DNA of 64,000 bases, taken from NCBI GenBank assembly GCA_015680685.1, contig MNCI01000808.1, positions 204,288 through 268,287 of the forward strand. Direction: 5' to 3'. Numbering within the stretch: the first letter of the stretch is position 1; every line of letters begins with the position of its first letter. Origin of the DNA: Gnetum montanum (Eukaryota; Plantae; Gnetophyta). Made by a program: the position numbers and the translations under genes. Positions 9,340 to 24,100 of the stretch are shown here, in pieces. Below the pieces are notes generated by a model. That model had not been told where the DNA came from and searched no databases. It saw only the letters and a program-made list of their open reading frames with translations.

Positions 9340-12300
9340 TAAATGTTAAAACAAAGGTAAAATGGTTGGTTTGCCCATTGGTACGAAATAAGATAAAATG
9401 GACACAATGTTATAATATGAGTTTTTATTGGGAGATCAAGAAGAAATATATTGAAGATTGTAAAGTATAGTTTGCCCAACTTAAAAAAGAGACGAGAAAA
9501 TTATGATTCCTATGCAAGATTTTGCCTAACTTAAAGCATTACCAGGCCATCTTGTATTAAGATAGATCAAGAGTTAGAAAGAAAAGAATTTGAAAAAGGA
9601 CAAGTAATGTGAGACTTGTCCAACAAAATAGTGAAACTAGAAAAAGCTTTGACAAAAGTTAAAATCAAGGAGAAAAAAAAAAGAAAAAAAAAAGAAACAT
9701 AAACATCAAGACACTAAGTTAGCAAATGATGAGGATGATAGTGATTTTGCTGTCCAAATTCTTTGATATTGAATTTGATAATGAACTATCTAGTGTTCAT
9801 TATGCAAGCAAATCTTTTGAGAATGGATCTAGTGATACCTCTTCTCTATCAAGTTCTCAAGAAGATATATCATTAGATGAAGAGTGCAACAACAATGAAG
9901 AAAATAGATATAATATACTATCAAAGGAAAAATTAACTACTTCCAGGCCTTCAAATGTTAATTCTAATCCACCTACTAGAAGAAAGGTTTTTGAACCAAG
10001 TGGAAGAGAGTAAAATAAAATTAAAGAAGATTAAGCAAAGCAAAATATTCAAAATCAAACTTTTAATAAATGGATGAAGAAACCAAGCCTTTATGGAGAT
10101 GGAGAATATAATCTAAGTGAGGATCTTAAACATGTCAAGGCCAACATTAGCATATAGCAATTATTATAGATATGAGATCAACAAAGAAAAGCTTTGGAGA
10201 TCATTAAAGGTAAAAGGAGAGTTTGAGAGCTAAGCTATATATCTAACATTGATAAGACAACAAAAAATAACTATGATTGTACTCTTGATAAAGAAGCTCC
10301 TTCTTTTCTCTTGATAATAAAGTTAAAAGACAAATATGTTCACACTAGTTTGGTTGATTCTAGAGCTACATCTACTATTATGCCATTGTTTATATGCAAA
10401 AAACTTGATTCAATTTCTAAAAAATCTAATAAAAGGATTGTTCAAGTGGACAAAAGTAGAGTGAAGATTGTGGGTCAGCTGCCCAATGTCCTATTGAAAA
10501 TCACTTCTAAACCCCATATAAAAAGTAGAGTAGCTATTCAAATAGTAGATATACTAGATTCATATAGTCTTTTGTTCAGTAGAAGTTGGAGTAAGAATTT
10601 ATCAGGTTACATTTCAACAAATTATTCACATATGTGGCTACCTTAGAAAGGGGAACCAAATTAGATTTATATATATAGTGAACCTTTGATGATTGAAAAC
10701 ATTACTTCAAATGAAAAAAATAAGGTTGTTGAAACAAGAGCCTTTGAAACCAAAATTTGTACACTTTAAGAAGTTTATAATTTGGAAAAGGAGGAATCTC
10801 AAGATAAGAGCAAGTGGAAATTATACTTTGATGGTTCTTGTAATTCCAAAGGTGTAGGAGCTAGAATAGTTCTAGTAAAAGTTGATTCCCCAAAAATTTT
10901 AAAGGCAATTCATTTATCTTTCCCTTTCACAAACAACAAGGTTGAATATGAAGCTTTAAGTATTGGAATTAAAACAACATTGAAAAAAGAAATTAAGATG
11001 ATCACCATAAAAGAAGATTCAAGACTAAGTGTGAATAGATTAAAGGCAATTATGTAGTAAAAATCTCATTCTTGCAACCTTATGAACAACTCATTTGCAA
11101 CATGATGGATTAGTTTCATTACTATAAAATAGAACATATAGGTAGGAAAGATAACCACATAGTAGATGATTTAGCAAAGGTAGCCTCAATATTAGATGTA
11201 AAGAGGATAGAAAATTATGAAGGGGTAGGGATTTAGAATGAGCATTAGTCATCAGTACCAAATAACATAAGACATGTAGAAGTATTTGAACATGATGATG
11301 AAATGCTCAGGTTCTTGAAGAATAAGCAAGAATTCAAAAGTTAAATCACACTTGAAATAGCATCAAGTTTTAAGTCAAATTTGATTCCCAAAAAGAAGAT
11401 CGATTATGAACACAAGTTTAGCAAAACTTAGCTTATGGGAAAAGATATATAGAATTTTGATGATCAAGCTTAAAAACTAGTGAATCTTGGATCTACTAGG
11501 ATATGAAAGATGTTAAACGTCACAAAGGAAAATAATCCAGTTTTCAGGAAAAACTTTGTGATTATTGTTAAAAAATATTTTATAAAATTTTGCTCAATCA
11601 TATGATGATCTTAAATCTTTTAGACTAGATGTCATGACACATAAAATTCCTTTGGTAAATGGTTGTTAACATGGTTAAGAAAAAGCAAAGGAAATTCAAT
11701 CCATCATTTGAACTAGCTATGGAAGTTGAGATTAAGAAACTATTGCAAGCTCAAATCATATATCTAGTCCAATATTTGACATGGCTTGCTACTCTTATTC
11801 TAGTAAGGAAGAAGAACGGTGATATCAAGCTTTGTGTAGATTTCAGAAATCTAAATGAAGCCTCTGAAAAAGATAAATACCCATTTCTTAGAATTGATGA
11901 AATATTAATCAAATTATCAGGATGTTATAACTCCTTCCTAGATGGTTTTTCATGCTATAATTAGATTATGATAGATAAGGGTGATAGATATAAAACAACA
12001 TTTATCACCAAATGGGGGACATTTGCTTACAAAAGAATGCCATTTGGATTGTCAAATGTTGAAGCTACCTTCCAAAGAGTAATGGACTTAGCTTTTAAAG
12101 GTTTAATAGTTGAGTTTATCATGGTTTATTTAGATGATATCACTGTCTATTCAAAAAGGAAGGAAGATCTTATCGGTCACCTCTAATAAATTTTTGACAA
12201 ATGTTGTAAGTATGGTATTTCATTAAATCCTAAGAAATGTATCTTCAGGGTTAAGTTTAGGAGTTTGCTAGGTCATGTAATCTATCAAGAAGAAATTGCT

Positions 12301-14040
12301 ATAGATAATGCATGATTTCAAATAGTACAAAATATTGAGCCTCCCTACTTGGTATAAATTAAAGTTATTCAAGAAGCTCCCTGCTTGGTAAAACCAAAGT
12401 TGAAGGAATATTTTTGATAATATGCTTTTGGCTCAAATGATTCAATTGTTGCCATTTTAACTCAAAAGGATGAAGGCCAAGATGAACTAATTAGATTTTT
12501 TTGGTATCAGTTGAAAGGTTTTAAATTAAATTATTCAGATTTAGAGAAACAAGTATTTAAAGTCATTAAAGCACTTCAGCATTTCAAATATTACTTGGAA
12601 AACTCATTGGTTCATATTATGCTATAGAGCCTATGGTTAAACAATTCTTGGCTCAAAATGAAATTGGATTGAAAAAAGGGAAGTGGCTTATAAAGATTCA
12701 AGGTTTCAAAGTTTCATTAAAAATATGCAAAACTATTAAAGAAATGGGATTAGCCAAGTTAATGGCTAAAGAAAATGAAATATGTGTGCTAAGAACTTAT
12801 GAAAAAAATTGGTATGATGAAATTCTACAATTTCTAAACACAAGAAAGGTTCTAAATAATTTAACTACAAGTTAAAAAATAGCTTTCTTCAAAAAGGAAA
12901 ATAATTTTGTGTTTAAAAATGGAATTTTATATAGATGGACTTTAGAGGGGTTTTGTTGGAATGTGTTCATGATGATCAAGTCAATCTTGTTTTAGAACAA
13001 TTTCATGATCATGCTAATTTATTTTATTAATCTCCTAAGTCCACCATGCAACATATGCTCCATTTATGGTTTTTATTGGCCTAGCATGTACCAAGATGTT
13101 AGCTCGAATAAGTGTTAGATTCATGGACCAAAAATAAAAAAGGCTAGAGCTTCCTTAAAATTGGTAATTGTAGCTAGACTATTTGAATAATGGGGCTTAG
13201 ATTTTATTTGCACAATTACTCCTTCAAGAACCAAACATAAGTTTATTCTCATGACCACTGATTACTTACTAAATGGTCTGAAGCAAAAGCTCTAAGAAAC
13301 TGTTCAACATTGAATGTGATTAAATTCCTGGAAGATTAAATTCTAAGTTGCTTTGGTATGCCTAAAGTGTTGGTATTCAATAATAGACCTGCTTTTCAAT
13401 TTGAAGAATTTATAACATGGGCATTAGAAAAATCCATTTTTCTATTTTCTTCTTCTAATTATTATCCACAAGGGAATGGATTAGCTAAATCTACAAATAA
13501 AAAGCTTATTTCTTATGTTAAAAAGTCAATGGAAGGGAATTCAAGAAATTGGATCAATTACTTGCAATCCGCATTAAGGACTGACTGTATTAGGTTTAAA
13601 AAGGGTATCTAGACATCAGCTTATAATTTGGTTTATGGTTCACCTACAAGAGTAATGAATAACATTTTAAGCTCAGCTTCTAATTTTGTAGAAAAGTATA
13701 GTGAAAAAACACATAAGGATAGAAACTTTATGGCTTTGCTTATTAAAAAGAGAAGCTGAAATGAATAAAACTAAGGATAATTTATTTAAAAATGCTTGTC
13801 AAGTTAAAAGATGGTTTGATAGAAAGACCTTGAAAAGAACTTTTAAAGGTGATGATCTTTTATTATTATGGAATAGGAAAAGCTAAATAAATTTTTAGCA
13901 AGAAGAATGGGTCCATTTTAGATTAAGAAATAATTATTAGAAGACACATACAAGTTATCCTCATTAAGTGGAATGGAATTACACCTTCTGTGTAATGTCT
14001 TATATATGAAACATTACTTTGGGCAATTACCCACAACTTA
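9340..14040 (+). mobile_element. Decayed Ty3/gypsy Tat-lineage polyprotein with order gag-PR-aRNaseH-RT-RH-INT (TatII-type architecture)
   Basis: PR LVDSRATSTIMP (10311). Archaeal-type RNase H WKLYFDGSC...TNNKVEYEAL...EDSRL (10782). RT LCVDFRNLN, FLDGFSCYN, MPFGLSN, VYLDDI (11659-12186). INT YYPQGNGLAKSTNKKL (13358). Many stops and frameshifts. Confidence 0.85.
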
Positions 14041-14051
14041 GAATATATATN

Positions 14052-17000
14052 GAATAATATTTAATCATAATATGTGTATATATCATATATGTATATTAAG
14101 ACATGTATATATGATATAATAGAATATGTGCATGTAGGAGTGTTAGTTTAAATATCAAAGTTAATTTATCACAAGTAATCATTACTTATTATGTGTGTTA
14201 ACTACACTTTAGTGAGAGTGGAAGTTTAAATAACCACATAGTGTAGGTACGGTCATATGCCTATGATTTAGACATTACATGTGGAGTCCCAGTGGGTTTT
14301 CAAGAACAAGTTAATGTATTTTATATGTTACGAGGCTTCATTTTTATGTTATGATTATGATGTATTTTATATGCTTAACTAACGTGATTATGCACACTAG
14401 CCTTGTATGATGTGTTAGATAGGTGATGTTGCTAGTAGGGGTGTTAGATTGGGGTAAAAGGGCATTGATCTGGTATGTTTTTATGCTTTATGTGTGATTC
14501 CGCTATTTTGGCATTTGTACGATAGTACTATGTTGCATGATGTTCGGGTGTGGATTTGGCATGTGAATGTGTAGAGTGTAAGCTAAGGATCTTGTAGGTT
14601 CAAACCGATTTTGATTTGGAGCCCTGATGTGTTTGTTATGTAGGTTTAAAATTTATGGTATTAGTTGCAAAGACAAGAAATAAAAATAACTTATGAAAAT
14701 CATTTCTGGAAAATAATAATAATTCAAGTTAAGAAAAACAAACAAAGTAAACTCACGTTACATGAGGGGGGGGGGGGGGCTGGGCTGTTAGACCCCGAAA
14801 AGAAGTTCTATTGATATTAATAGTGTATCAGTTACAATAACCTGAATAAGTCATAGGGTTAAGGGGAAGGGGGAGCTGAGAGCACTGTGCATAAAACTCG
14901 AGAACAACCTTATAAATAAACAAGTATTAAACTCATGTTACATGAGTAAAGCACACCATCGTTTTTCCTTTGTTTTACTTACACATAAAATAAAAGTAAG
15001 GTTTTTCTATATGTTATTTACCACCATTTTCCCTTCTTTTTTCTACTGCTGCCACCTAGAAGCATAAAGCAATGTGGCCTAAACCTTGTTTCTTTTTCTT
15101 CTTACTTTAATACAAGAGACCATCGCACCCTTCTGCACCACCATGCTCAGGTTTTTATTTTGTTTTTCTTTGTTTCAGAAATAGGAATGCATAGGAGTTT
15201 ATTTATTTATTTATTTTACCATTTTTCTTTCTACTCTCTTCTTTTTCTCAATTTTGAGCCTTGTAGATGCTTTTTGCTTACTCTAAACTTGGATTTGGGA
15301 TTGTTGTGGTCATATCTACATGGGTGTAGAACTTGTTGGGAGTGAAATGGAGTCTTGCTGAATTTTTGAGGATTTTCTCCTTGTTTCAGCGTTTCTACCC
15401 CAACAATTTTAATTGGTGGGTTGTCTTGACCTTTTCCCAGTATTTTTGTGTTGGATTAGTGTATATGATCATACAATGGGGGCATGTGGGGTGAATAGCT
15501 CAAAGTTTGAGCTTAGGTATGTTATTTTGCATATTTCCCAAAATTGCATGATTTTGGTTACGAATTATTTATTAATATATATGGGATGTATGGGATGATG
15601 AGGACTTATGGAATATGATCTATGATGTTGATGAGCCTCGTATGATTGGAATATGCTATTTGTGGGGCCTATTGGGCTGTGAGCATTTTTGGGGTTCCAA
15701 ATATTAGTTAAATATCATTTTATTAATCAAACTTTGATAACACATAACTTTGCTTCCAAGAGTTCGATTTAGGTAAAATTAGTGTCATTGGGATCATTGC
15801 AGAAAGTACTTTCTAATCATGGGATTAGTTTTCTCTTTGGGCATATATCATTTTGAAGGTTATTATAGTGGTCATTTGCATGGAAGTACATGTTTTTTGA
15901 GAAATATGGTATTGTTTTGTCATATTGAGGTCTTCATGTTGTCCTGTTGCATCATGGTATTGTTTTTCATGAAATGATTGTAATTGTTAGGGGTGGATCT
16001 ATGAAGTTATGTTTAGTTGGGTGGGTTGTGCTTATGACATGTGTTAGCTTAAGCTAGCTGGATTATGTATATGTTTTCACGATGATGCTTGTGATGGTTG
16101 TTGGTGGGTGGCACTAGCATGAGGGTGTGGATCGGTTGGTGATGAGGCATGCTAGAGGTAGTATGGATTGATCCCCACTATGATGCATCAATGAGGCTCC
16201 TATGTCAAGCCTCATCTTGAGAGTGGAAGAGCATAGGTATGTTTGTCCCTATGGCTGGTTCATGGCATAGGTGTGTTTGTCCCTATGGCTAGTCCTCCAG
16301 AAGGCTAGGTTGATGGACCTTAACACCAATTGGATAAATAAAAGATTAATAAAATAATTTCAAGCAATGGCTATTATGAGTACTCATGGCAACATTTCAC
16401 ATGCTATACTGAGTGCAGATATGCTACCAACCACGTGGTTTATGTATGTGATTGTATTGGTTTGTGAGTCATATCATGGAAAATAGGTGTTCTATTTGGA
16501 TTATGATTGTGTGGATCATGGACTATTTATGGTACATCATGGGTATGATAACATGGACATGATAGATGATGTTGAACTGTGGCTTTGTTTGTGCTTGTAT
16601 GATAGTGTGTTAGCTTTATGGATGATATAATGTGTGTTGTTTTGAGCATGCATTTGCCTTGTACCCCACTCCTCTCCTCTAGTGCAACACTTGTCAACCA
16701 TCTAGCAAGGGACGTGTAAAGGCTTTCCAGTTAGTTGTGTATTGACTTTATTTCATTACAGATGAAAAGTGCTAGAAGCCTAGATGAGCACGAAGAGAAA
16801 GAGTAGAGGAGGGAAAATCCTTCAATTCTTGGTTATTGTATATTTTCATGTAAAGTAGTGTGGACTAGATATCCTTGTATGAAACTATTTGTATTGTACT
16901 CTTCTATATATAATGATGAGGGTTATGTGTTTTTTTATTTTCGTAGAGTAGTGTATAGTTTGCTTTATGTAGAGACATGCATTTTTATGATGTGATATGT

Positions 17001-17155
17001 ATGTTTCATTTTTGGTATGGTAGGAAAGTTTTGTATTGTTTAAATTTTCTTATTAGCATGTATTTTGCACATTATTGGTTCTAGTTGTCATGCTTCCATG
17101 CTAAGATTACTTGATCCTAGGCATCACCTTTCCCTAGCTAGGGCGGGCTGTTACA
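14052..17155 (+). mobile_element. Long 5' LTR region of a Tekay/Del-type chromovirus (5' boundary uncertain)
   Basis: Ends gggcgggctgttaca at 17155, followed by a degenerate tRNA-Met PBS (ggtattggagt) and gag. The left side abuts an n join at 14051. Confidence 0.55.
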
Positions 17156-19638
17156 TTGGGGTATTGGAGTTAGTTTGTTTTAATGTTGTATGATGGTGGG
17201 GGTACTCATCCATTTGTGTAATTTCTGGTTACAGAGATGTATAGGAGATGTGGTCATGGTGCTGGTGGGGTTCGTAGACTAGAAGGGCCTAATGATGGAC
17301 AAGAGTAGCCTCCTCAAACATCTAGTAGTGGTCTTGCAAATAGGTAGCTAGAGCTTATACAACAATTGTTACAGATCTTGCAACAACATGTTGTAGCTAG
17401 TGATGCTCCTGCTCCTATTTCCATGATCAAGGAAGTGGGAAGTGGTAGTGGTAGTGGAGGCTTAGGAGAAGCAAACATGAAGTCTATCATTAGGGAATTT
17501 GTGGAGAAATTTCAAAAATCAAGACCTCCTAAATTTTATGGCATTGAGGATCCCACTGTGGCTACAAAATGGTTGGAGAAATTGCAAAAATATTTTGATT
17601 TGATGGGTTGTTCATCGGTGCAGCTGACTCACTTAGCAGTTTATCAATTAGTTGGTATTTCCTGGCATTGGTGGATAACTAAAGAGCAAGCCAACGGATG
17701 GATTGGTTAAGAGGTGGCATAAGATGATTTTCTAGCACCTTTTAGAGGTCGTTATGTGTCTACCCAATATGCACAGGCCAAGGAGGATGAGTTATACTAT
17801 TTGTATTAGGGTAGTTGATCTATGGTAGAGTATGATGCTTGTTTCTTTGAGCTAAGTATTTATGTATCCTAGATGCAGATAGATGCTCAGGAATGGATGA
17901 ACAGATTTGTTCGAGGCTTGAGATCATCTTTGAAGGATCACCTATTATGTCTTAGGCTGACTTCCTATGATGAAGCTAGAGTAGTAGCCATGGATTTGGA
18001 GAGGAGTCAGCAGGAGCATACAGTGCATAGAGAGAGGAGACAAGGGAAGAAGAGAGGATCAACATCTGGAGAGAGGATTGGCCCCTCTAAGTGAGCTCAT
18101 GGCCATGGAGGAGAGTGTCTAACACCCACTCGTGATCCTACTATTGGAGTTGGTCATGGAGCAGTTGTTTGTTATAGATGTGGACAACTTGGTCATCTAC
18201 AAAGAGATTGCTAGAATTGTTTTGCATGTGGGCAGCCATGGCATCAAGCTCAAGAGTTCCCAAAGTAGGCATGCAATAAGGGGGGAGGTAGAGGTCAAGG
18301 ATAGTGACCTCCAATTTAGGGTGGATGGGAAGCACCAATTATTTAGCCTAGAGGAGGGGACCAGAGGACTCAAGGATGAGTGTATGTCTTAACAAACCAG
18401 CCTTTGGACATGCAGCCAAACACAGTGACGAAGATAGGAGGTATGATTTTAAGCTTTGTTGTGTTGATGTTATTTGATCTAGGTGCTAGCAATTCTCTCA
18501 TAGATCCTATGGTTTCACATCATGTAGCTCTTGTATGTCATTCTCTTTCTTCAGGATTGATAGTATCTTCTACTAGGGATCACAAAACTTGAGTTGATCA
18601 GGTGTGTAGGAATGTGCCAATAGAATTGGAAGCTGTGTAATGGGTTAATGATTTATATTTTATGGCTCTTGGGATGTATGATATAATTTTTGGGATCGAT
18701 TAATTATTATAGATTAATTTTAGTTTAGATTATCAGCAAAAGCTTCTACAATCACAATTAGTTGATGGTACTCTGCTTGAGGTACAAACTCGTCTGAGGA
18801 CTATGCACCTGGATTTAGTCTCCTCTCAAATGTACCATAGGATGCTTCAAAATGGACATGAATGTTTTGTGGCTATAATCTATAAAATAGATATGGTGGA
18901 AATAGATCAAATTCCTATGGTTCATGAATTCTCTAATGTATTCTAGTCCGAATTACCAGGTTTGCCACCTAGGTGAGAGATTGAGTTCAAGATTGAACTT
19001 AAACTTGGTACAAAGCCTATTTCCAAGGCTCCACACAGGATGTCTCCCATAAAGCTAGCAAAGCTAAAGATTCAGCTACAGGAATTGTTAGATAAAGGCC
19101 TTATTCATCCCAGTGTATCATCGAGGGGTGCACTGATGCTATTTATTAAAAAAGAAGGATGGAGGTTTGTGGTTATGCATAGATTACAAGCAATTAAACT
19201 AGGTAACTGTGAAAAATAAATATCCTATACCATGCATTGATGACTTGTTGGATCAACTTCAAGGAGCTCATGTCTTCTCAAAAATTGATCTCAAGTCTGG
19301 GTATCATCAAGTGTGGGTTCATGAGCAAGATGTATTAAAGATAACATTCAGAACATAGTATGGCCACTATGAGTTTTTGGTGCTACCCTTTGGGTTGAAA
19401 AATGCACCAACAATTTTCATGCACCTCATGAATAGTGATGCATCCATTCCTAGATTAGTTTATGATTGTGTTCATCGATGATATTTTACTATATTCTTCT
19501 CATGAGCAATTGCATGCAGAGCACTTGCGAACGGTCTTACAGGCTTTGAGGCAGGACCAACTATATGCTTAACCATCCAAGTGTTTATTTTGGCAATCAG
19601 AGATTTAGTTCTTAAGAAATGTGGTGTCGGGAGCTAGT
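17156..19638 (+). mobile_element. Tekay/Del-type gag-PR-RT (pseudogenised), truncated in RT by the LTR at 19639
   Basis: gag RPPKFYGIEDPTVATKWLEKLQKYFDLMGC. Zinc knuckle CYRCGQLGHLQRDC at about 18170. [33 protein letters not shown]. Confidence 0.9.
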
Positions 19639-20753
19639 TGATGAGTGGCGAGGTACCCCTACACTCAACCATACGAATATGAGCGTTTCACGCAGGATCC
19701 GGTCGAACTGCGTAGACGGACTAGTTGTGGCACCTAGACAGTTATCCTTAGGCTGCAGTTCGCTGTCTTCCCATCTAGACTAGTGTTGTATTTGTCATGT
19801 ATGGTTTAGTCTAGATGATGTGTATGATGTGTTCCTAATTCTAACGCTACTCCTGAAGGCAATGGAAAATAATATTAACTAAGCTAAGCTAGGAGGAAAA
19901 GGGTAAGAAAGTCTAATCTAGCCTAAGTGCGACGAGCAATCGATTCCTTGATTAACCGTACACATCTTGGACCTCGTGCATGACTACCACTGGGATTTAC
20001 CAAGTGTAGATCCTAGGTACACCACTGGGATTACCAAGTGCAGATCCAAAATATGCCACTGGGTTACCAAGCGTAGATCCTAGCTACATCACTAGGATAC
20101 CAAGCAGTCACACTTAAATGCTCGTAATCAAGTCGTACTCGTTCCGTGTTCTAGGAGTTTAAGGGTGAGAGGGAGAAAACAGTATATAACATTAAATAAA
20201 TAAAAAGATAAATAAATAACAAAGTGAATGCTGCAATGATGAAGTAATCTCGATCTTTATTTCCGGTCATGTGCGTGTCCAAGTACGACACACTCGAATA
20301 AAGACACCGTACAATTACATTCACCACACTGCGGGCAGACACGGGAAAAAATCTAACTCTAGAGGGATCAAACTGCCAGATATTTGCTATAGAACTAAAC
20401 TATATCTGTACAAGGGAGAGCTACATCTTATTTATAGATATGGCGGCAGACTGCGATATTGCATACGCGATATCGTAGGGAAGATGTGATATCGTAGGGA
20501 AGACGCGATATCGCAAGGGATGTGATATCACGGTGGAAGCGATATCACGGCCTATGCGAAACGCGTCTCATCAGACCCCCATGACTGAATAAAAACTCGT
20601 GCTTGAGTTAAAAGGAGAACAAGTTCCATTGATTACACAGTGGATGGGTATGGGATTATTAACTAGGAAAATAAATAAAGCAATGCCGCAGTGTGGGAAG
20701 ACACAACATAGAGAAAAAATACTACAACTACAAAAATGTGGAACTCATGTAGT
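19639..20753 (-). mobile_element. Athila-type 3' LTR (19639-20573) plus PPT and 180 bp of 3' internal region; same family as the element ending at 6101
   Basis: TGATGAG/CTCATCA termini. 20574-20753 is the reverse complement of about 5055-5235. TATA at about 20430 and a GATATC array at 20453-20550. Confidence 0.9.
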
Positions 20754-20754
20754 T

Positions 20755-23700
20755 ATATTTTATTCCAAGCCAAAAATAAGATTTGCGTATCATCATATAA
20801 GTCTTAATATAACCTGGGTGTCATGCATATGCTACTTCCTATGCTTCACATAACTTTAGTCTCCAATTTCATTCAAGTATGCACACTCTTTGTCCTTTCA
20901 TTAATAAACCATTATAGGTAAGTTGGTTACAATCTTCTTAAAATATGGATCTTCTTTTATTTGTTTCTTAATTTCTTTTTCCATAGGAGTCGTTACCACA
21001 CCTATTATTAAGTTTCACATTTGACTAAGGCCATCGGCTACCACATTTTTCTTATTGGGGATATATTTGACTTCAAAATCACATTCAACCAATAATTCTA
21101 CCCATCATCTTTGACAAGTATTTAAAATAGGCTATCTCTAAAAATATTCTAAAATTTTATGATCTATTTTTAGTACAAGCTTTTTTCCACAAAGATAATG
21201 TCTGCAAACTCTCAAAGCATGAATAATTGCTAGTAATTCTAAAACATGAGTTAAGTAATTTATTGCAGCTCCTTGTAATTTACAAGATTCATAACATACC
21301 ACTTTATCTTCTTGTGAAAGAACTACACCAAGTCCTATTCCATAGGCATCTGTGGATACTTCAAATGGTAATTCTTCATATGGAATTCTCAAAATAGGTG
21401 TTGTGAGTAGCATCTTTAATTTAAGGAAAGCTTCCTTGCATTTTTCATCAAAATTAAACACACATTTTTCCTATAAAGGGCCAATAAATGGTGCTACAAA
21501 GGTAGAATAATCTTTAATGAAATGTTTATAAAAACTAGCTAAACCTAAGAAGCTATGAACTATTGTAAGATCTTGTAATTCAAGCTAGTCTTGGATCACA
21601 CTATTTTTTGCTAGATCTACCTGCAATCCTTTCTTAGAAACTATATGACCAATGTATGAAACTTCCTCCTTAAAGAGTTCACATTTACTCAATTTAGCTT
21701 TTAACTAATGCTCTTTAAGAATTTCCATTGTAATTTTCAAACATGTTCTTCTCTTAACTTAGAATAAACAAGTATATCATCCATAAATACTATAACAAAT
21801 TGATCAAGATATTCATGAAAAATATTATTCATTAATGCCATGAATGTTGTAGGTGAATCAGTTAATCCAAATGGCATCACAACAAATTCGTATAATCCAT
21901 GCCTGGTTCTAAAAGTAGTTTTCCCAATACCTTTCTCCTTGATCCTTATTTGATGATAACCTAATTTTAAATCAATCTTTGAAAAATAACATGCACCTGT
22001 AAGTTGATCAAACAAATCATCAATCCTAGGCAAAGAAAAAGTATTTTTAATAATCACTTTATTCAATGCTTTATAATCGATGCATAATCTTAACATACCA
22101 TCTTTCTTTTTAATGAATAAGATTGGTGCACCCCAAGGTGATACGCTAGGTCGAATTTTCCATTTTTCCAATAATGAATCTAATTGTACTTTCAATTCTC
22201 TTAATTCAGAAGTAGAAAACCTATAAGGGGAATTTGAAATAGGTTGTGTAATAGGAAAAATATAAATAGCATGCTCAACAGTTCTTTTTGGAGGAAATTC
22301 TCTCATTTCACCAAATACTGAATCTTTATATTCCTCAAGTTCTTTTGGAATCTTAATACCTGAAGATCTTTGAGGTTGAGTTACCTTGAAAACCAACATC
22401 ATAGCACCCTTTTTGACTAATCATTTAGCTTGCTTGATGGTTATCATATGAATTTGCCTTGTTGTTTCTACCCCTCTTAGAAGCCTGACTTCGTTAGTGG
22501 TTGGGACTTTTAAAATACAAGTACCAAGGTGGGCAGCAATATCAAATTTATGTAGGAAAGACATTCCTAAAATTGCATCAACATTGGCTAGTTCAAATTC
22601 AAATAATTCATCAATGAAAGACATGTTTTGAAAAAAATATTTAATTTCTCCATACTTGGTGTGCTTGCTTATGGTCGTTTCATCTACAAGTTCTATCTTA
22701 ATAATATTCTTGGAAAGTAAATTTAATTTTAATAAATTAATTAACTTTGAAGAAACAAAGTTATCACTAGCACCACTATCAATAAAAAATTTAATTTTTT
22801 TACCTCCAATTAAACCTTAAAAAATCATTTAAGCAAATTAGAATTTATGTAAACTTGATTTAATTGATGTTGATATCTTCTTCATGGTTGTGGTTTTGGT
22901 TGGAATTTTTTCTTTGTTCATGCTTGGGTTGGGGTTTTAATTCCTAATTTGGTTGGTCCTTTGTACCTTTGTTCATAATTTTGGAAAATCTTGTTTGAAA
23001 TGATCTTTGGCACATACAAAATATGCTGATCCTGATCGAGCTCTTTTGATTGGTAATTCCTCTATCATTGCTTGTGGAAGGCTATCTTGTTAAAGGATTG
23101 CTTATATCTAATTCGATTCTTCATAATCCTTAGCAATTTTGTATGCTTCATCAAAAGTTTGAGGATTATGAACTCATGTTTGGGGATGTAGTTGAGCATG
23201 TATTCCACCAATGAAATTTGAAGCTAATTCTCCCTCATCTTGATGGCTTACATACCAAGAAAGATCACCGAATTCCTTGTAGTAATCCTCTACAGATCAC
23301 TTTCCTAATCTTAAGGAATTAAATCTCATTTTGTGCTCTTTGAGGAAAGAATTAGGAATAAATTTTTGTTCAAAATCTTGATAAAAATTAAGCCAATTTG
23401 TAATCAAACCTTGAGATCTCAGTCCATTCCACCATGTTGCTGCAAGTCCTCTTAAGAAAATAACTTCTAAAAATTCTTGGCTTGACAAATTCAACATATC
23501 AAAGTAGTTTTTCATTGTATTAAGCTAATCCTTTTACTTTCTTGGCATGAACTTGTGTTAGCGATTCTCTAGGTGGATTAAGCCAATTTCCATATTCCTC
23601 ACCTTTAGTTTCTACTCTATGGGCTAAAGGAGGGATTTTGGTATCCTTTTGACTAGTAGGTGAGGGTTGATTTTAGTGTGGATCCCTAGGGGAAAGTTGA

Positions 23701-24100
23701 TCTTGATCTTGATGTTGATCCCTAGGTGGAACATGGGTAGGATTTGAAGGTTGAGTGAGATGGTCAGTTGATTGCTTGATGGAGTCTACAAATGAATCCA
23801 TATTTCCTTACACATTTGACCATTTATACTTTAAATGCTAGGAAAATTTCCTAATTTTCTCAAACATATTTTACATCTCTGTGCCAAACCCTTGATTTGA
23901 CTAATGAAGCTCTTCTTGAACATCCTTGATTTCATTAATTTGATCTTCAAGGGCATTCATTTGATCATTGAATTAGGCCTTCATTTCTCTCCAATTTATT
24001 CTTCAGGTTCTAGACATCGGTATGTTGAAGAAATTAGGTATGTTGATAATCCTTAGCTTCTCTGATCCTTTTTATGGGTCTTGAAATAGTCAATTGGTTG
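20755..24100 (-). mobile_element. Ty3/gypsy chromovirus-type gag-PR-RT-RH-INT(Zn), pseudogenised and 3'-truncated
   Basis: gag LRGLAATWW (23297). PR region around 22780. [35 protein letters not shown] (21737-22402). RH FEVSTDAYGIGLGVVL (21138). INT zinc-finger HPGYIKTY at about 20810. Confidence 0.9.
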
